From Selaginella moellendorffii (Eukaryota; Plantae; Lycopodiophyta), in contig NW_003314271.1 of assembly GCF_000143415.4 (NCBI RefSeq), positions 2,544,312 to 2,608,311 on the forward strand: DNA of 64,000 nucleotides. Direction: 5' to 3'. Below, in pieces: positions 1 through 13,962 of this stretch. Within the stretch, counting starts at the first letter, position 1. The number at the start of each line of letters is the position of its first letter. The position numbers and the translations under genes are program-made. The notes beneath the pieces were generated by a model. That model saw nothing but the letters and a program-made list of their open reading frames with translations, was not told where the DNA came from and did not search any database.

Positions 1-1635
1 GGGGAGGAACTCCGTTGGTTGTCAAGACCGCCGGGGGTCTCTCGGCAGCTACGTAAGTTCTATTGATCATCCAGCAAAGTCTTTACGGTTTCGCTCGCAG
101 GGGATTCATCGTGACCATCTTTGGATCGACTGGAATGCTGGGACGGGCAGTGGTGAACAACCTCGGTATGCTACTGGTGTTTCTTTCTATCATTCGTTCT
201 AGATGGTTTTTTACTCTGTCTCTAGCAAAGATTGGAGCACAGTGTATGATACCATACAGGGGGCTGGAGGATAAGCCTCGACATCTAAAAGTGATGGGTG
301 ATCTCGGTCAGGTAATCTCGTTTGCTCTCAAGCTTTTGTATTTCGAGTTTATGCCTTTAACTTGAAGGTCAGATCGTGCCGTTTGTGTGTAATATCCGGG
401 ATGATGATGCCATACGCGCTGCCATTGCGAAATCCAACGTTGTCATCAACTTGATTGGTCAGTGCTTCCTTTTACATTCGATATTTAGAACTTGACAGGA
501 AGTTGTTTATTTGCTATATCGACAGGAAGAGAATACGAAACTCGTAACTACGGTTTCGAGGAGGTCAACATTGATATTGCACAACGTATTGCTCGGGTAT
601 TTCACAATGCTGTTTCTCCGTGTCTTGAATGAGTTGTCACAAGAGCTCGTTTTTACAGATATCGAAAGAGCACGGTGGGATCGTGCGATATATCCATACG
701 TCGTGCGTCGGTGCGGACGAGAACTCTCCTTCCAAACAACATAGAACAAAGGCCCTGGGAGAAGAAGCAGTCAGACAGGAATTTCCTGAGGTTTGCCAAA
801 CTGTTTCCTTTTCCGGGTTTTAGAGTTTGTCTCTTCTAAACCTTCAGGCTACTATTATGCGACCCGCGAGTATGTTCGGCTACCACGACAAGTTCCTTAA
901 CAGATTTGCCACGAAGGCAAAGTTCTGGCCCAATGTTCCAACGTTTTTCGATGGCAAAACAAAGTAACCAAACGTCCTGCGCCGAAGCTTGCTCTAAAAC
1001 TTCTGTCGCAGGGTTCAACCGGTTTGTGTTCTTGACGTCGCAGCTGCTTTTCTAGCCGCAGTGAAAGAAAAAGAAGGTATTCACGTCGGGAAAGTCTATG
1101 AACTCGGGGGACCGGATGTTTACACGATTCACGAGCTCGTAAGTTCGACCTCCTCCTATTCTACAATCACCAGCTCTAAAAAACTGCAATCCTTTCCAGC
1201 TTCTGTGGATGTTTGAAGTTCTTCGCGAGAAACCGCGGATCATCAACATTCCATTGCCGCTAGCCGAGGTACAGAAACGAAGCATCGTCTTCTTCTTCTT
1301 CTTCTTTGTAACTCGTGATTTCTCCATCCAGGCCGTGTCCCGCGTCCGAGAGTTCTTCTTCAAGAGAGTACCCGTGCCACTCCCACAGCTATGGCCGTGC
1401 TACCGTCACTACATCGATTCTCTCAAAGTGGATCAAGTCGTCTCTCCCGATGGTAACGCTAGAACGGGTGAATCTCACTCCGAGGAACTAAGTTTTTCTC
1501 CATTTTGATTGTCCTGTGCTAGCTCTAACGTTCGAAGAGCTGGGGATCAAACCCAGACCTCTTGGAGGCCTGGCGACCGAGTACCTCTTCTACTACAGAG
1601 AGGGTGGTCCACACATGGGACAATTCCGTTTGTGA
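1..1635 (+). CDS. NDUFA9: NADH dehydrogenase (complex I) 39-kDa subunit, 5'-truncated by window, many short introns
   Basis: Spliced peptides IVTIFGSTGMLGRAVVNNL, IPYRG, HLKVMGDLGQ, SNVVINLIG, KALGEEAVRQEFPE, YELGGPDVYT; GT-AG introns ~50 nt; TGA at 1633-1635. Confidence 0.93.
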
Positions 1636-2184
1636 AAAATCACCAGCAAAAGGTAAATTTTGTCCCGGAAAAAACATTTTTTTTGTAAAATAAAAAACTT
1701 TGTCATGATCATCTGATTTTACTTATCATTTTTGCCGACTGTTCCAAACTTTACAGAGGAAGCATCCTTGTAGTTTTTCTTTTGCCAGGCGAGTGTGTGA
1801 AGAACAGGAGTAGAAATAAAATGCCCAGACCTCCAAAAGCTCCAGAGATTCTCACATACCCACAGCACAGAGCTACAACACACAACACAAGAAATTTACA
1901 GCACAAGAAGAGGAAAAATTTCAGTGGTAGCTTCCCAGGGCTGTTAATAGTTGGAGATTTTATCACTCAATCAAAATGGGGAGCCTCACCTGGAAGAAAT
2001 GTTAGATGTGGAAGAGAAAAATGAGATGGATGCCCAGCGATTGGCAGATTGGAGCTGATAATCTCGCAGCTGCTCCTTTAGATCCTTCCGCATTTTCCCT
2101 TTCCCCTTGGCAAGATACAATCTCCAGGAGCCCTAAATTTGCTAATAGCAATTTATTCTTTAAGATAATCATATACATGGACGT

Positions 2185-3757
2185 CTAGTCTCTTCTCTTG
2201 CTCCCTCTTCGTAGCTGTTCTTCCGGGCCTTGGAATTTCGCTGGGAACGCTTGCGACGAATCAAACTGCAGCGATGGATGTGGTTCCTGTTGCTGCTGCT
2301 GCTGCTGGAGCTTTGGAGAAACAAAGCGCTCGGGATTCGGTGACGAAGACGACGAAACTAATGGTGAGGCGAGAAAGCTGCTGGGAAATCTCAGTGCTGT
2401 AGAGGGCACGCTTCTCGGCTTCTCTGTTGGACTTATCGCTGCTGGAGAGGCTATCTTCAAAGAATGGAATTGATCCAGAGCTGGCTTTGCGTTTGATCCT
2501 GTTGAGTTTCCCTGAGCGCTGGCGGTAGTGACGAACGGGAGCAAGCTCGAGTTGTGGAGAAACTCCTGTTGCTGCAAGTAATTCTGCTGGACCGTGATGA
2601 GCGACGTCTGCTGGTGGTTCTGCTGCTGCTGGTACTGCACCGCTGGCCCGACCGGAGTTTGAAATAGTTCCAGTCTTTGCTGGTGATGCTGCTGTTGCTG
2701 GTCGTGATGGTGATGATGATGCTGCCGATGATCAGTGTGAACCAAACTTGAGCACGGATCTTCGTACAGACTATAGCTGCTCGGATGCAGAAAGTTCTTC
2801 CAGTCTCGCTGCTGCTGCTGCAACTGGCAACTTGTGGCCGGCATGGCAGTGTGTGCAGAGATATGACCAGAATTGAAAGGAGCTATACTTGCATGAGCTC
2901 CAACTTCCCGGCCTGTTCTTGTTGAGCTGCCTTCTCCAACTGACATGGTTATGTCCGCTCCAAGGTCCTCACCGGGTCTCTGTCTCGGAAATGCGTCGCT
3001 CTCGTCAACGGCTTGATGGTCGCGGGCGGAGCTCGAGCACACCTTGAGCTCGGGGCTCTGGTTCTCCAGCTCCTGATCGCTAACAAGGCTCGCCTGCTGT
3101 ATAACTCCCTTTAGTTGCATGTCCGAGCCTGAGCTAAACGATGCTCCTCCTCTCTCTAACGAGAAGTGGCCACCACCACTTTCGTTAGAAGCCGAAAGTG
3201 CCCCCGACCCGGAGTATCCGAACCCGAGAGCGGTGTTGTAAGACGAGCTAGGAAGCGTGAGCCTGTCGATTCCGGGGAGTGGTATCTGCGACAGCTCGTC
3301 GATGGCATTCTTGGCCTTTTTCATCAACCATTCCACGGCCTTGCTTGGTTGGTCGTAGCCGAGCCTGTCCTGGACGTCGTAAAACTGGATGGCTGTGGAA
3401 ACGGACAGCCGAACTCTCCGGTCCCTCGGCCCTTTGGCCGTGAAGACCTTGCTGTGCCGATCCTTACCTCCCGAGGGCCTCAAAGTCCGAGCAGATATGT
3501 TCATGTGGAGCTCGGTTTGATCGTCACGCCGCCCCAGAAGATTTGACAGGACTGAAGCTTCGGGCCTGCTACGAACTCTTCTTTCGTCCAGCCCGGCCTC
3601 TGGAACACCGCCCCCAAGTCGTTTATACTTTTCCGGGTAGTCAGAAGAAAGCGACTCACTATTCCATTGGCCCAGCCTTCTATACTCGCTGCTCATCGTA
3701 GAAACCGGTCCGAGCATGTGTCCATAGTCTGGAAAACTTTTACTGCTGTCATGTTCT

Positions 3758-3788
<31 letters not shown>

Positions 3789-4014
3789 TGAGGCGGATTC
3801 CATCCACTTCTGGAACATCTGCGTAGCAATAATCACCTGGAACTCCACCTTCTTCCTTGAGAATCTCAGAGCGGATTCCCACTAGCGTATTATTGCTGTT
3901 GCTGCTTCGACCACGCTCTTCATCATCCATGAAATTTGCGCCACTGGTACCGTTGCGGGGTCGTTTGTGGCCCTCCATACTTCTCAGCTCCACAAATGTG
4001 ATCAGTGATATCAT
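2185..4014 (-). CDS. TCP: Class II (CIN-type) TCP transcription factor, intronless CDS with poly-Q/H tracts
   Basis: TCP domain [58 protein letters not shown]; true start may be a downstream Met (MEGHKR). Confidence 0.95.
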
Positions 4015-7000
4015 TCTGCTACAGCATATCAGCGAGCGTTGGACAAGTTCTTCCGGGACCTGCTGCCTTGTTGAGAAATTACTGCTGCCGAGCGGAGTTT
4101 CCTCTCACCACTTCACTTCCTGTGCCCCACGGAAGTAAGTTCATCCCTGACAGATCTGTTTCCCCTCCCTTTACCCAAGAAAATCATCCTCGGACTCCGT
4201 AAGTCCAACTCCAACAGCATAGCAGTAGGCCTTGGACTGATAATCTGCAAAAGAGAAAGAGACCAACAATCTCAGTCATAGAGGAACTTCCAAAACCTTC
4301 TGAATTGTATGCCTAGCTAGGAACACTGTTTGAAAACGCAAGACACCATTAAAGATTCTCATGCTTGCATCTACAAGAAAACGAACTATACTAGCTAGCA
4401 TTCATTTCAGCTCCGACTTGAGAATCTCTTGTACAGGCACTCGAATTACTCTAGAGTTGAAACTACAGATCTGGAAAAGCCTTATAGTTCAACGAGAGAC
4501 AGCAAAAGAAAGACTAGAGCAGCGAGAAAGAGAGAAAAGAAGAAGCAGAAAGAATGCATTTGCAGCGACCTTATCCACAAGTGTTCTTCAGCAACCAAAA
4601 ATTGTTACCTTATCACTTCCTCGCTTACGTCTTGCTTCACAACTAAAAGCACCTGCACACACCACACACCGCAGCGAATTAGCCATTTAGTTCTCGCGAA
4701 GGAAAGAAACAGATGAAAGAACACGAAGAAAGAACATGAACACAGGAAGCACGAAGGTGAGAAACGCAGACAGTGAATTGCAGACTCCTGGAGCACAAAG
4801 TAAAGCAAGAAGAAGAAGGAAGAGACACAGATACGCGTAGAGAATGAGAGGGAGAAAGAGAAAAATCCGGAAGAGGGAGTATCCAAGAAACCAAGTTCGG
4901 TCCAAAATCTATATACTTACAATGATATCACAATAGCCCCCAGATCGCGCGCAGCGCAAGTTTCGCCGTTTGCCCGCACACCAGGCTACAGCTACCAGGA
5001 GAGGAGGGGACCCCTTCTCTCCGTTGCAATTGGTCGTTTGCTCCTCACAACTCACACTCAACCGGACGGACGGACGTGCCTGTGCCTGCGCAAGCTGAAC
5101 AACTGTTAATGCTGTTAGTGCTGTCAAGGACGCTGGACGAGCTTCTGGACTTCAGTTCAGAGCGGCGCTAGCATCATCATCATCACAAATCTGAGAAGGC
5201 ATGCAACTAGGAACAGCAGCAGGAGAGCCAAGCACGGGGAAAAAAGAAAAAAATGGAGAAATAAGACTTATGGAGAAGAGAAAAACACTGGAAACGAGGA
5301 ATTTGGAGGAGGAAATTCACGGACATATATCAGACTCGAATATAAATGGGAGCTGCAGCAACAAGACACATCTAGCCACTTGCAGAGGCCAGTTGCAGCA
5401 TTATTCCAGCCGCAGACAGTGTCATCACTAAGACTAGTTCGACGATAGTGCTGCTGGGCAAGGTCTGCACACTACTGCACTCACTCGCCAAAGAACAAGG
5501 CCAGTGAAAGCGAACGCTGGAAGTCTATTTTGCAAGGGAAAAATGAAAGAAAAAAACACCAACAAAGCAAAAGAGGCAAAAAGGTAAATGCGTGAGTGAG
5601 AAGAACTTGACATTCGACTCTTAAACTTGACAATAATGGGAAGAACTAACAAAAGCAAGAGCGAGAAAAACGTAAATGGATGATCACTTAAAACGAAAAT
5701 ATCAGCTTAAGCACAGAAATCCATCGACTTCGATCGAAACCACAAAGAAACGCAAGAAAGACAGCATTGTCGATAAATCGCAAGTTCAGTAGAAACTTAG
5801 CGAAAGATCCACCTCTGGAAGAAATCAAAGGAAGGAAAAGCATACAGTGAAGAATAAAGCGCAAGGACTTTGCACGAGTTTCCAGGCACGAAGCCATGCA
5901 AAACACCCATCGCTAAGCGCGGATTTCCGCGCTAACAGCAAGAGAACAAAAGAGAAAATGCAGTGCGCTATCAGGATGAAACCGACTCCAAAGACTAGAA
6001 AGAACCAAAAAATTCCAGCCTACCTCCTCGCAGAGCCCCACGCCGACCATTCCGCTTTCTTGCGGCAGCAGCAGCAGCTCCATTGTTGCAATCGCGCGTC
6101 GCTGTCGCGCTCCAAGATTGAAGAACCCTAAAAAGCAGCCTTAGGGTTTACGGAGAGAATTTTGGCGCCACGTTTGAAAACTCTGAACCAGTCAACGTCG
6201 CTGACGTGGCGCACTAGAAAGAAAAAATCTCGCAATCTCTGCCTCCCTGAGGAAGGTATATTATGTCCTTTCGAGATTCCCTTCTCCACATTGAGAAGAG
6301 GCTCCAAGTTCCAATGAAGGTCCACGCGTGTGTCCGTATGACCTATTTTTCCGTGCTATTTTGACCCACATTAGAAGGAACGCGTAGAAAGATTTCTCGT
6401 GGAGCGATCTAAGCCTTCATTTGCTATATAGAGTGGAACAAATCTTGATCGATCGATCCATCACTACTTTTGTTTTGGGTGGCGGTTCATCATTGGGGAA
6501 ATTATTCATCACGGAACTCCTAGCTCGAGCTTATCCTCAGTTGATTGGATCATGTACTTCTTGAGCACCGACCTGGAGCTCCAGCGTCCACTTCTTTTGA
6601 TCAAGTCAAGCCTTGAAAGTATGTTCGCGAAAAAGCTAGAGAATCTTCTACTAGTAATTGTAATCAATATAATTATATATTATCGAGCTAAAAAATAGAT
6701 ATAATAGTTATTAGTTAAAATGAGAAGTTATTTTGCTCCGCCCAACAAACAACAAAGAAGGGCAGATGTACTGATGCGCTTTCGCGTCCCAGACCATTGG
6801 ATCACGAGGAATGGATGGAAGTGATTACGCCGTCTCTATCGTCCCATGGAGAGTGACTACGCAATCCCACTCAAAATCCATCCATCCATTATGGGGTCAT
6901 GAAAAAATGGCCTCCCTGGAACCTACGAGGTAACAATTCTCTATGATCTTCTCCTTAGACAATGCCCACGAACCAAAAAAAGAGTTTTCTTTCACGAAAG

Positions 7001-7342
7001 CAAAAATTTTCCAACCCAGGTGAAACCAACGAGGAAAAAAGCGATGGAAGTGATAGAAAAATCGCTACCTATAGATGAACCTAAAGGGACCGCAAGAGAT
7101 TCGCGCGAAAGCATTCTTTCGATAATATTTTGTCCACGTGGTTAACGGTATATTCCGCGTTTTCGATTGACGCGTTGGCTAGGGTTTGTGACGGGGAGGG
7201 GAGCGTTGGATCTGAGATCCAGCTCGCGAATTCGCGATGATCCCCGCGTAGATCCGCGCCCAGCTCCTTCTCGGATGTGGAATGCCGCCGTTCTTGACTC
7301 GCGGATCGGAGCTTTTCGGGGATAGGTTTTACGAGGTCTTAG

Positions 7343-8277
<935 letters not shown>

Positions 8278-8594
8278 GCTTAGCAATCTTCGATCGACAC
8301 GACTTTACGTACGAAGAAGGTTATCTTTTTTGGCGATGTGGATAATAATGTTCCTCTCTTCCTCTCTTATATAGATATGCTCCTTTCTATTAACACTTGT
8401 TTTTTTCTTCCTTTAACTGACGCTGCGCCAGGTATATTCCGGTTTTGTTTTTTCAAAACTACCGAAGCGCGCGTCCGCGGAGAATCCGCTTCTAGGTGAG
8501 TGAGTGAGCACTTGGTGGAAGCTTCTGATTTTCGTCTAGGATCCGTCCAAGCGGGATCACAATTGATCACTTTCAAGACTGTCCTGAGGAGCTC

Positions 8595-9733
8595 ATGGCC
8601 CCGAGCGACGATGATGAATACGGTGAATATGAGAAAGAAAAACCGTAAGCTGTCTCCTTCCCCGCTCGTTTTCTAAGCTTTTGACTCGTTGCAGGGCTGA
8701 GCAGGTCAAGAAGACCACCGACGACGTAAAAAACGCTGTCAAGGACGATGGTCAGAACAAAGGGAAGTCTGTGAGAGACAAGGCCAATGATTTAAAGCAA
8801 CAAGCTGGTGAGATTGTTGGCAAAGGACAGGGGAAGCTAGCTCCGTATTTCTCAACCGCCAAGGAAAAGACGGAAAAGCTGGAGGCAAAGAAGCCCGCGG
8901 TACAGGAGGAAGCTAAAGAAATGCTAGATCAGGCCAAGCACACGGTTAGCAAGGTGGTCCAACAGGAAAGCAAGGATGTGTTGGAAGGAGTGAAGAGGCT
9001 GGCCAAGGACGAAAAGGCATTTCACGACGCAGCTCACAAGGTTGCTGAGAAGATCCACCATGGTGGCGCAGGGGAGTCTGAAGGACATCAGCAAGAGCAC
9101 TCAAATTATAGACAACAAGAGCACTCGGATGTAAACGAGAAAAATCAGCAGCATCATATTCCAGACTTTAGTGATTTCAGTGAAATGGAAGAGGAGGACT
9201 GGTCCGACGAGGCAGAAGGATCGAGCCACCATCCTAAGCAGCACCTATTAAACGAGCACAGGGCTGCTCACGGGCATCAACACCATCCTCCTCACCAGCC
9301 TCAAAAGAGAAAAAAGAGTCCGCTGGGTTATTTCAAGGTTGGCGCCAAGTTGGCAGGGAAGGAGAAGAACAAAGGGACGCAAGATAATCACCAGGGAGAA
9401 CAGCAGCAGCAGCAACCGCAGCAGCAGCAAGAACAGCATGGTGGCGGTGTTTTGGGGACTGTCAAGTCTGTGTTTGGACAGGGGTCTGCTGGAGAGAAGT
9501 CACTCGACACGGCTTCAAATCTAGCGCAGAAGAAGCTGGGCCAAATGCGGCATGTCGTGGACGCTCAGATGGACGAAGCTGGCAACGCCACTGCCGCGGA
9601 GAAGAAGACTCAAGGCGTCGGACTCGTACAGTCCTTTGGTGAGAGTCTTTTTGCGTGAAACTTTCTTCGTTCTAACTTCTCTGTTACAGTGTGCCTATGC
9701 ACCTGTGCGTCGAGTGTTCACGTAAGCGGTTAA
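8595..9733 (+). CDS. Hydrophilic LEA-like protein (K/E/Q/H-rich)
   Basis: ATG 8595, short intron, long exon (ORF 8681-9658) with LEA-like helices (SVRDKANDLKQQAGE, STAKEKTE), His/Gln tracts; probable last exon ending TAA 9731-9733. Confidence 0.6.
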
Positions 9734-9845
9734 TCAGCAAAGAGCGGGCAAGTAGAGCAGCTTTCTGGTCAGCTGGACAGCTTCGTACGAATCAAGCCTC
9801 GTTAAAACTGGAATCTCAGTCACAGGGGCTATAACTCTAGGTGGC

Positions 9846-10686
9846 CTACAAAGCCACGACACACATCACCAACAGGAGAACTTGTGCTGCTGGAGCCAAT
9901 GACAACGAGCTCGACGCTGTTGCTGGTGGACTCCCAGTATCGGACAGCGGGTCGTCAGATCCCCCAGAAGTCTGGCCCGTCACTTGACCGTGTCCACCTT
10001 CATCGCCAGGAGGAGGATTCCCACTCGGAGGAGAAGACGAACTCCCATCTGGTGGTGGTGGCGGAAGCGTTCCAGAGGTGTTCCAGAACCACTGCCAGGG
10101 CGAGACGCGGTCGTCGGGGTCCGGGGACGAAGACGGGGTCAGAGAAACGAGCGGACAGATAGAATACACTGCAGAGAAGCCAAAGTCAGCCGCAGGAAAG
10201 CAGGGAAAACCATGCCAAAAGCAGGAAGAACTTACCGCCGGGGTCATGGCGTTCGTGATACGTGAGATTGTGGTAGCACAGGACCTGGTCGATCTTACTC
10301 TGGTCGGGGACGCAGTTCTCGTCCAGGTACTCGTTGAGCTCGCGAGTGACTTGGATGCAGTAGCGGATGTAGTCCTGGAAGACGGTGGTGCACAGGCAGC
10401 CTCCGTAGAGCGCCGTCTTGACGGACGTACAGCACGACTTGTAGTCGAGGGTGTTGCAAACTCCCATCGCCTCGAACATCTCGAAGTTGCAGCTATAGCC
10501 ATCGCCGGGATTGGGATCCTCGATCGCCCCGAGATCATCGCCCAGATCATGGACGGTGGTGCGTGAGTTGGATCCATTGACGCGCCGGAGACCATCGAGC
10601 TTGAGGGCCAGATCGAGACGAGAGGGCGACGAGCGCTGTGCGTGGAAGAGCAGGGAAGAAGCCACGAGAAGGAGAACAAGCACCAT
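9846..10686 (-). CDS. Secreted 8-cysteine-motif (nsLTP/prolamin-like) protein with Pro/Ser-rich linker and probable GPI signal
   Basis: Signal peptide MVLVLLLVASSLL; C-C-CC-CLC-C-C spacing; one phase-1 intron (~10236-10171) joins ORFs 10186-10686 and 9846-10712; hydrophobic tail AAQVLLLVMCVVAL. Confidence 0.7.
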
Positions 10687-10945
10687 TTTTTGGTTTGCTT
10701 CTTGGTTCTCAAAGGAAATCTTATAAGCTCTTTAAAGCGTCCATGGCGGGAGACGAAACGAAACGTTCTATCTTATCAAATTTCTTGATCTTTGGTTTGA
10801 GTCTCATTCTCAGATTAAAAAGTTTTTGCTTGTTTTTTCCAATCAATTTATTTACAACTTCTCTCACAAAATCCGGACCAGGAGCTATCAATCAAGGCTA
10901 TAATAAATTTCGCTACTTATTCACAGAAAAGAAAAAAAATATCTA

Positions 10946-12220
10946 TCAAGTAGTGGAAGACGAAGGCTCTTCGAGTAACATCGCCACGAAGGAATCCGGG
11001 ACAAAGCCCGCGTCTAGCTCATCGCCCAGCTCTCCCAGATTCACATCCATGTCGCCCACCACCGGAGGATCGTCCAGCCGGAACGACGATCCATCAAAAA
11101 TGCTTGGAAAATCATCCAAGCCTCCTTGCTGACGCTCCAGCCGCATCGCCAGCTCGCTCAAATCGCTCAAATCGCTCCCCTGGAGCTCCTCGATCGACTC
11201 GGAAAAGAAAGCTCCTCCAAAAGGGTCGGAGCTCGCAAGAACCGAGACCGGGGATCTGCTGCTAAACAAATCCCAGCTCGAGGAGGAGAGATCTTCCTCC
11301 TCGTCCTCATCAGTTACTTCCTTCTTGATCGCCTCGACCCTCGTCATTGCGCTGCCACCCATGCTCGAGCACGAATCTCTCTCCTCCTCCACGAATCTCC
11401 TGTTTGGCTCGATCGCTGGCTCGATCGCTATCGCGTCGATGCCATCGATCTCCTGCCGATTCGTGCGGCACACCAGCTCCATCGCCGCCGCCGGGCGCTC
11501 CGCCGCTGCCTTGAGCCGGAGCTTGAGCTCCTCTACCTTGCCCGGCTCCACGATCCTCCTCCCATCCAGCCCAAAATTGGTCTGCGCGCTCGGCCCTTTC
11601 ATCCGCCGCGCCGCGCGATCGTAGGCCTCCGCCGCCGCCTCGGCAGTGTCGAAAGTCCCCAGCCACACTCGAATCCCCCGCGAGAAATCGCGAATCTCCG
11701 CCGCCCATTTCCCCCACGGCCTCTGCCTCACGCCCCGGTACTTTGGCCGCGGGCCATCGTCCCTCTCCACGATCTTGCGCTTCTTGCTGCTGCTACTCCT
11801 CACGGATTTCTTCGCGATCTTTGCTGGCGCTGGGGCCGGCTCCGCGAAATATCCCTGCTCCTCGGTGTCCGTGGCGGCATCCGGCTCGATCTTGGGCACC
11901 GGCCGCACGAAATATCGCGTCTTCTCCTCGAGATCGGCCATGGCGTGCGCTCGAAAGACGCTAATGTAGCTGGGAACCATGGCCAGATCCCTCTCCTCCT
12001 CGCTATCCGAGGAGATCATCACCGTCGTCGCGGCGACAAGATCGCTGTCTACTCGTGCTCTGCCTGGATGTGGCATCGCCTTCTTCCCCTGTTCTTGGTG
12101 ATCCTCCTCGCCCGACGACGAGTCTGTGGCATCGGGATCGCAGCACACAACGCGAACTCGCCTCGGGCACACGTTCTTGATCGATTCACGCTCCGGCTGC
12201 TTCATCTTGGGACCCGGCAT
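10946..12220 (-). CDS. CRF: AP2/ERF transcription factor, cytokinin response factor (CRF) clade
   Basis: CRF domain [19 protein letters not shown]2 domain [19 protein letters not shown]...[26 protein letters not shown] motif. Confidence 0.92.
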   Translation of the reverse strand: MPGPKMKQPERESIKNVCPRRVRVVCCDPDATDSSSGEEDHQEQGKKAMPHPGRARVDSDLVAATTVMISSDSEEERDLAMVPSYISVFRAHAMADLEEKTRYFVRPVPKIEPDAATDTEEQGYFAEPAPAPAKIAKKSVRSSSSKKRKIVERDDGPRPKYRGVRQRPWGKWAAEIRDFSRGIRVWLGTFDTAEAAAEAYDRAARRMKGPSAQTNFGLDGRRIVEPGKVEELKLRLKAAAERPAAAMELVCRTNRQEIDGIDAIAIEPAIEPNRRFVEEERDSCSSMGGSAMTRVEAIKKEVTDEDEEEDLSSSSWDLFSSRSPVSVLASSDPFGGAFFSESIEELQGSDLSDLSELAMRLERQQGGLDDFPSIFDGSSFRLDDPPVVGDMDVNLGELGDELDAGFVPDSFVAMLLEEPSSSTT

Positions 12221-13962
12221 GGGAAGATCTTCCAGAAATCTGCGCTACGACATGCAAATAAATCTCCCTCCAGTGGTGGATCGATCAATGCAGGGCCAGG
12301 GAAGCAAGAAGGCCATGCATCGCTCTCGAAACCTCGCGAAGAATCAAGGCAAAGAAAGCAAAAGAAAGGAGTGAAGAACACGCAATCCTAGATCCGGCCT
12401 CGAGGTAAGATCACCGTCTTCGCTAACGATTGATCTCGCTACGATCTAATGCGGTCTTCTCACTCTCGCGATCGATCGTCCCCTCGATCGCGCCTTCTCT
12501 CCCTCTCTTTCTTCCTTCCAATCGCGAGGCCCCGGAATTTCCCTCGCGTGTGTATATACTGAGACATCACAATGTTAAAGATGGCTGGCGGGCGCCAGCG
12601 GTCCGATCCGCCGCATCCAACGGCCGAACCCCTGACACGTGTCGCCCGTTTTGAGCTGTCTTGTCGATCAGGCGCACCCAAATTTGATGTGGCGGTGTAC
12701 AGCGGGGTCGGTCCCGCTAAATCCACCGGTCTAGCTACTGCCACGTGTAACACGGCCCAATCAACCGATAGCGCGCCTGCCACGTCGGCGTGTCTTTCGG
12801 GCCTAAAGCCTGGGAAATTTGGGCGGTTTTAATTTACCGCGGGGTGGATTGGAATCTCTGCCTGGCGTCCGTGACCTAAAAAAACGATGTTGCCGGTTTG
12901 ATGTAGAAGACTCTAGTGGGTGGCGGTGGAGTAATCGATTGGAAAGAGTTCTTTAGTGATTTGGTGGCTCCAAAGCACTAGGGTTTGCTTGAGCGGCAAG
13001 TCTGAAATTTGGACTGGATATATGCGCTGGTCGGATCAATCAATCAGTCGTAGACAAGGTCAATATGTACTAGATCAAGAGTACTTAGACTACCTAAAGT
13101 CTCCATTCTTTGCGTTTGACGATGGTCCGTGCGCATCTCGTTGGAATAATCCTCCCAAGCCACTAAGGATCTCCCAAGAACGACAATGCTGCTGTGTGGA
13201 AACAAAAGAACTCTCACGAAGAAAGGGTATCGGGTTCGATCCCGTCCAAGATAGGGTATCTAGCAGCCGCTGGATTCTCTCTTTTGTCGCCGAGTGGGAG
13301 AACCCAATGACAAAATGCCATGCCTGGGCATGACTCATCATGACCATGCATGGCTGAAATAAGACAGGGCCCGGACAAAGAAAAAAACGACTTGGCCGGC
13401 GGTATCGTGGTGCCACGTGTCAAGCGGCAAAATCTGGGCAGCCAATCGCGAGCCCCCGCCGCCCGGTTTCTTTGCCGGCCGGTGGGGAGTGGGACCCAAT
13501 CGCGCGCCGCCGCGTAGTAATGCAAAGTTTAGGGCAAAACATCCAAATTTTAGGGCAAGAAGGAGTTGCGTATACGTCTCTAATTCAATGAAGGAGCTAG
13601 TGGGCCTCAACGTGTTAATGGATTCGCCGATTTTTATATGGACCCATTCTAGCTACGCTAAAAGGCGCACAAAAGAAAGAAATCGCTCGATTAGTGTACG
13701 TGTGTGGTGTGATCTTCCGAGCAGTGCAAGAAAAAAGGGAGATTTTTTCTCGCTGCATTGCCTAGAAGAAGCCAGCACTGGAATTGTGACAGAATTGACT
13801 AGGAAAAAAAAGAGCCAACCAAGTCAAAACTGGAAGTTCTAAGCTTGTGTCCTGATCTTTACAGACAGGCACGAAGAACTTGTGATGTCCCACGGCAATC
13901 TGTGATTCTGTTCACGGGGAGGAAAGAAGAAAAAGGAGATGGTCTTAACTTGAAACACCTTG

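Noticed and set aside
4232-4244. TTGGACTGA matching the miR319 5' end in the TCP leader
   Set aside because: Only 9 nt match, mismatch at position 10, and no 3' pairing even after the predicted splice.
5001-5022. GAGGGGGACCCCTTC resembling a TCP miR319 site
   Set aside because: Wrong strand for the TCP mRNA and lacks the seed-pairing AGTCCAA.
11126-12391. 421-aa ORF antisense to the CRF gene (similar antisense ORFs overlie the RRM, PPR and NAC genes)
   Set aside because: Expected shadow of GC-rich codon usage; no recognisable motifs.
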